64,000 nucleotides of DNA from Candidatus Nanopelagicales bacterium (lineage in GTDB: Bacteria > Actinomycetota > Actinomycetes > Nanopelagicales > Nanopelagicaceae), in assembly GCA_030830475.1 (NCBI GenBank), contig JAURMX010000009.1:5442-69441 (forward strand). Direction: 5' to 3'. The notes beneath the pieces are model-generated. The model was not told the DNA's origin and did not search any database. It was given only the letters and a program-made list of their open reading frames with translations. Shown one piece after another: positions 61,048 through 64,000 of the stretch (position 1 is its first letter; every line of letters starts with the position of its first letter). The position numbers and the translations under genes are program-made.

Positions 61048-62950
61048 ATTAACCGGGTCTAAATCACCTCATTTAGAAGGCTTAGCGCTGAAAAGCCGCG
61101 AAGAGCTACGCAATATCGCAATCATCGCCCACGTTGACCACGGTAAAACTACTTTGGTTGATGCCATGTTGTGGCAGTCAGGTGCCTTTGCAGCACATAA
61201 AGATCAATCAGAGTCACAAGATCGCGTTATGGATTCAATGGATCTAGAGCGTGAAAAGGGAATTACAATTCTTGCCAAGAACACCGCCGTCAAACGCGGC
61301 AACTCAATTGTCAACATCATCGATACCCCGGGCCATGCTGATTTCGGTGGCGAGGTAGAGCGTGGACTTGAGATGGTTGATGGCGTGGCACTTCTAGTAG
61401 ATGCATCAGAAGGACCGTTGCCACAGACCCGTTTCGTTCTCCGTAAAGCTTTACAAAAAAATCTTCCAGTTATCTTAATCATCAACAAAGTTGATCGCCC
61501 CGATGCACGAATCGCAGCGGTGGTTGATGAGGCTTACGGATTGTTCTTAGATCTCGATGCCACCGAGGATCAAATTGATTTTCCAATCGTATATACCTCA
61601 GCAAAAGCCGGTCGCGCGTCACTAAACCGTCCAACAGATGGGGGCATGCCAGATGCGGAAAACCTTGATGTTCTTTTTGATGTTATTTTCAAAACTATCC
61701 CTGCACCTAAATATCATGAAGGTGCGCCGTTGCAAGCCCATGTCACCAACCTGGATTCATCTCCATATCTTGGTCGCTTGGCGCTATGCCGGGTTCATGA
61801 AGGTGTAATCAAAAAAGGTCAGATGGTTTCCTGGATTAAAACTGATGGAAGCCAAGAGAAGGTAAAGATCTCAGAGCTCATGATGACTGAAGGTCTCGAG
61901 CGCGTTCCTGCTACTGAAGCAGGTCCAGGCGACATCATTGCGGTAGCTGGAATCGAAACCATCACTCTTGGTGAAACCCTGGCAGATGCGGAAAATCCAC
62001 ATCCGCTGCCACTTATTACCGTTGATGAGCCAAGTATCTCGATGACAATTGGTATCAACACCTCTCCACTAGCTGGCCGTATTGGAAAGAAGTTGACTGC
62101 GCGTCTGGTTAAGAACCGTTTGGATTCAGAGCTTGTCGGCAACGTTTCTCTTCGCATTATGAATACCGATCGTCCTGATACCTGGGAGGTTCAGGGTCGT
62201 GGCGAGCTACAACTCGCAGTTTTAGTTGAAATGATGCGCCGAGAAGGTTTTGAGTTAACAGTTGGTAAGCCACAGGTTGTTACCAAAATGATTGAAGGAA
62301 AACTTCATGAACCGATGGAGCGTCTAACAATTGATGCACCAGAGGATTACTTAGGTGTAATCACCCAACTTATGGCTTTGCGCAAGGGTCGTATGGAGCA
62401 GATGGTTAATCACGGCACTGGTTGGATTCGCATGGATTTCAAAGTTCCATCACGTGGTCTTATTGGTTTCCGTACTGAGTTCCTTACTGAAACTCGAGGT
62501 ACCGGTCTCTTGCACCATGTCTTTGATGGTTACGAACCATGGAACGGCGAACTCCGCACTCGAAATACCGGTTCACTAGTTTCAGATCGTGCCGGAACCG
62601 CTACTTCATACGCAATCTTCGGATTACAAGAGCGCGGCACAATTTTTGCTGAGGTAGGTGCTGATGTTTATGAAGGTATGGTGATTGGCGAAAACTCTCG
62701 TCCAGAGGATATGGATGTAAATATCGTCCGCGAAAAAAAGCTCACCAACATGCGTGCTTCAGGTTCGGATGAAAATGAGCGTTTGATTCCGCCAAAGATT
62801 CTTAACTTGGAACAGGCTCTGGAGTACTGCCGCGAAGATGAGTGCGTCGAGGTAACCCCCGTCAATGTGCGCATCCGCAAAGTTGTTTTGGATCAAAATG
62901 AGCGCTCTCGTTTGACCTCGAAGGCTAAGAAGGCCAACCAAGAGGGCTAA
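61040..62950 (+). CDS. typA: Translational GTPase TypA/BipA
   Basis: AIIAHVDHGKTTLVD, DTPGHADFGGEVER, NKVDR and EF-G-like domains. 636 aa. It overlaps the ychF end by 8 nt. Confidence 0.95.
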   Translation: MSKLTGSKSPHLEGLALKSREELRNIAIIAHVDHGKTTLVDAMLWQSGAFAAHKDQSESQDRVMDSMDLEREKGITILAKNTAVKRGNSIVNIIDTPGHADFGGEVERGLEMVDGVALLVDASEGPLPQTRFVLRKALQKNLPVILIINKVDRPDARIAAVVDEAYGLFLDLDATEDQIDFPIVYTSAKAGRASLNRPTDGGMPDAENLDVLFDVIFKTIPAPKYHEGAPLQAHVTNLDSSPYLGRLALCRVHEGVIKKGQMVSWIKTDGSQEKVKISELMMTEGLERVPATEAGPGDIIAVAGIETITLGETLADAENPHPLPLITVDEPSISMTIGINTSPLAGRIGKKLTARLVKNRLDSELVGNVSLRIMNTDRPDTWEVQGRGELQLAVLVEMMRREGFELTVGKPQVVTKMIEGKLHEPMERLTIDAPEDYLGVITQLMALRKGRMEQMVNHGTGWIRMDFKVPSRGLIGFRTEFLTETRGTGLLHHVFDGYEPWNGELRTRNTGSLVSDRAGTATSYAIFGLQERGTIFAEVGADVYEGMVIGENSRPEDMDVNIVREKKLTNMRASGSDENERLIPPKILNLEQALEYCREDECVEVTPVNVRIRKVVLDQNERSRLTSKAKKANQEG

Positions 62951-63045
62951 ACGCCTCAGACACGCTGTTTTGCCGCATAAAAAGCGATTTTGTCAGTGGT
63001 CGGTTGTGTACTCACCTGCATCAAGAAACCAGCAGGAGGGTCCAC

Positions 63046-63543
63046 ATGAATCTACGAGAGCTCGCATTTCAACTCTCGGCAATTACCTTAATTGCCGATG
63101 CCGCAAAGGAAGCCAAAGATCGTTTAAGGCGTGAGTTTGCTGCTGCTCTCGAAGAGGTTGGCGCGGACTCTGCCAAGGCTGCCTTAGAAGGCGAGGAGAT
63201 CGCAAAGGTCTCTTTAATTCAACCTCGCAATACACCAGAGGTTCTAAATGAGAAAGCTTTTACCGAATGGGTTAAAAGCAATTACGAGTATGAGATTGTT
63301 GAATCGGTTCGCGAATCTTTCCGCAAACATGTCATGGACTCCGTCACCAATGTGGAAGGAAAGGCGATATACAAGCGCACTGGCGAGGTGCTGGATTTCA
63401 TTTCCTTCAACTCCCGTGATGCGTATATCGCCACTCGTTTTCTAAATGGCGGTCGTGAGGTTCTCACAGAGGCTTTTCGGGCCGGCACTCTTACACCTAC
63501 CTCTGTAATGGCAGAAGAACTTCAGATGGCGGTGGGACAGTAA
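63046..63543 (+). CDS. Phage-like coiled-coil protein (Mu Gam-like / siphovirus Gp157-like recombination-module accessory protein)
   Basis: 165 aa. The N-terminal coiled coil (MNLRELAFQLSAITLIADAAKEAKDRLRREF) and a mixed alpha/beta C-terminal part resemble Gam-like or Gp157-like phage proteins. AGGAGG RBS precedes ATG 63046. Family call is tentative. Confidence 0.45.
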   Translation: MNLRELAFQLSAITLIADAAKEAKDRLRREFAAALEEVGADSAKAALEGEEIAKVSLIQPRNTPEVLNEKAFTEWVKSNYEYEIVESVRESFRKHVMDSVTNVEGKAIYKRTGEVLDFISFNSRDAYIATRFLNGGREVLTEAFRAGTLTPTSVMAEELQMAVGQ

Positions 63544-64000
63544 TGAGCTACTTCAACTTAAATGATTACGAACCAGTTGAAAACCGAATCCGCGCATTTT
63601 GGCAAAAGTATCCGCAAGGCAGATTGCTTACCGATCTACAGCGCACCGAGCGTCCCGATGGCAGAATCGAATGGATATGTCGCACTGAGGCTTACACCAA
63701 TTCTGAAGATGTTCGCCCTCAATCCACTGGTTTTGCTACTGAGATTGAAGGTAGCTCTCCAGTAAATCGCTCTAATGCCAGCGAGAACTGTGAGACCTCA
63801 AGCATTGGAAGATGTTTAGCCAACTTAGGTTTTGCCACCAAAGGCAAGCGTCCAAGTCGGGAAGAGATGTCAAAAGTTCAGCGCACCAACTCTCGCAAAC
63901 CACTGACTAAAAGTGATTGGGAATCGCTGATTTCTAGGCTTCATGGTTGTACCAATCTCAATCAGTTGAAGGCTTGGTCTGCTCATGCTGCAGGCTTCAC
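63543..64000 (+). CDS. Phage-like protein, possible Rad52/Sak-type single-strand annealing protein (partial, runs off window)
   Basis: This ORF is absent from the ORF track because it has no stop inside the window. Hand translation: MSYFNLNDYEPVENRIRAFWQKYPQGRLLTDL...ENCETSSIGRCLANLGFATKGKRPSREEM.... The ETSxIGRxLANLG motif resembles phage SSAPs. TAATG overlap with the upstream gene. Confidence 0.45.
   Translation, partial: MSYFNLNDYEPVENRIRAFWQKYPQGRLLTDLQRTERPDGRIEWICRTEAYTNSEDVRPQSTGFATEIEGSSPVNRSNASENCETSSIGRCLANLGFATKGKRPSREEMSKVQRTNSRKPLTKSDWESLISRLHGCTNLNQLKAWSAHAAGF

Noticed and set aside
63562-63765. The ORF-track 67-aa ORF.
   Set aside because: It lies in a different frame inside the longer open-ended ORF that starts at ATG 63543. 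That longer ORF is coupled to the upstream gene by TAATG and has a recognisable phage-type motif.

Overview
Compact, about 90% coding, moderately low-GC actinobacterial chromosome segment. From about 14.4 kb to 62.9 kb the gene order follows the conserved mycobacterial/corynebacterial housekeeping backbone as I recall it: FmdB, 5-FCL, moeA-like, rimJ, membrane protein, pmt, rsmI, metG, tatD, ksgA, ispE, tRNA-Gln, glmU, prs, rplY, pth, ppc, mfd, mazG, eno, ftsB, DUF501, ppx, greA, uppS, phoH2, xseBA, ispH, rmuC, ychF, typA. The low GC, tiny intergenic spacers and many ATGA/GTGA start-stop overlaps suggest a streamlined freshwater lineage such as Nanopelagicales, but this is inference only. I call 63 CDS (2 partial at the window edges), 3 tRNAs, 2 candidate intrinsic terminators and 1 candidate promoter. 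Several starts were moved from the ORF-track coordinates to the first start codon compatible with neighbours and RBS. I saw no rRNA, CRISPR array, IS/transposase or integrase. I do not see a clear-cut novel multi-gene system (for example a defence island) in the core of this window. The best leads are: (1) a 73-nt class-I-shaped tRNA with a Leu (UAA) anticodon at 43617-43689; (2) a MoeA homologue missing about 100 aa and its GGVS-type motif, sitting in the conserved Glp/RimJ/membrane-protein trio (18144-20520); (3) a phage-type recombination module that starts right after typA and runs off the right edge (62951-64000); (4) an accessory-looking left block (4.2-10.4 kb) holding homospermidine synthase, a membrane GGDEF cyclase, a Tat-exported mini-Rieske protein, a secreted coiled-coil protein and a second saccharopine-dehydrogenase-fold enzyme. 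All functional calls come from motif and family recognition by eye. No database search was run.
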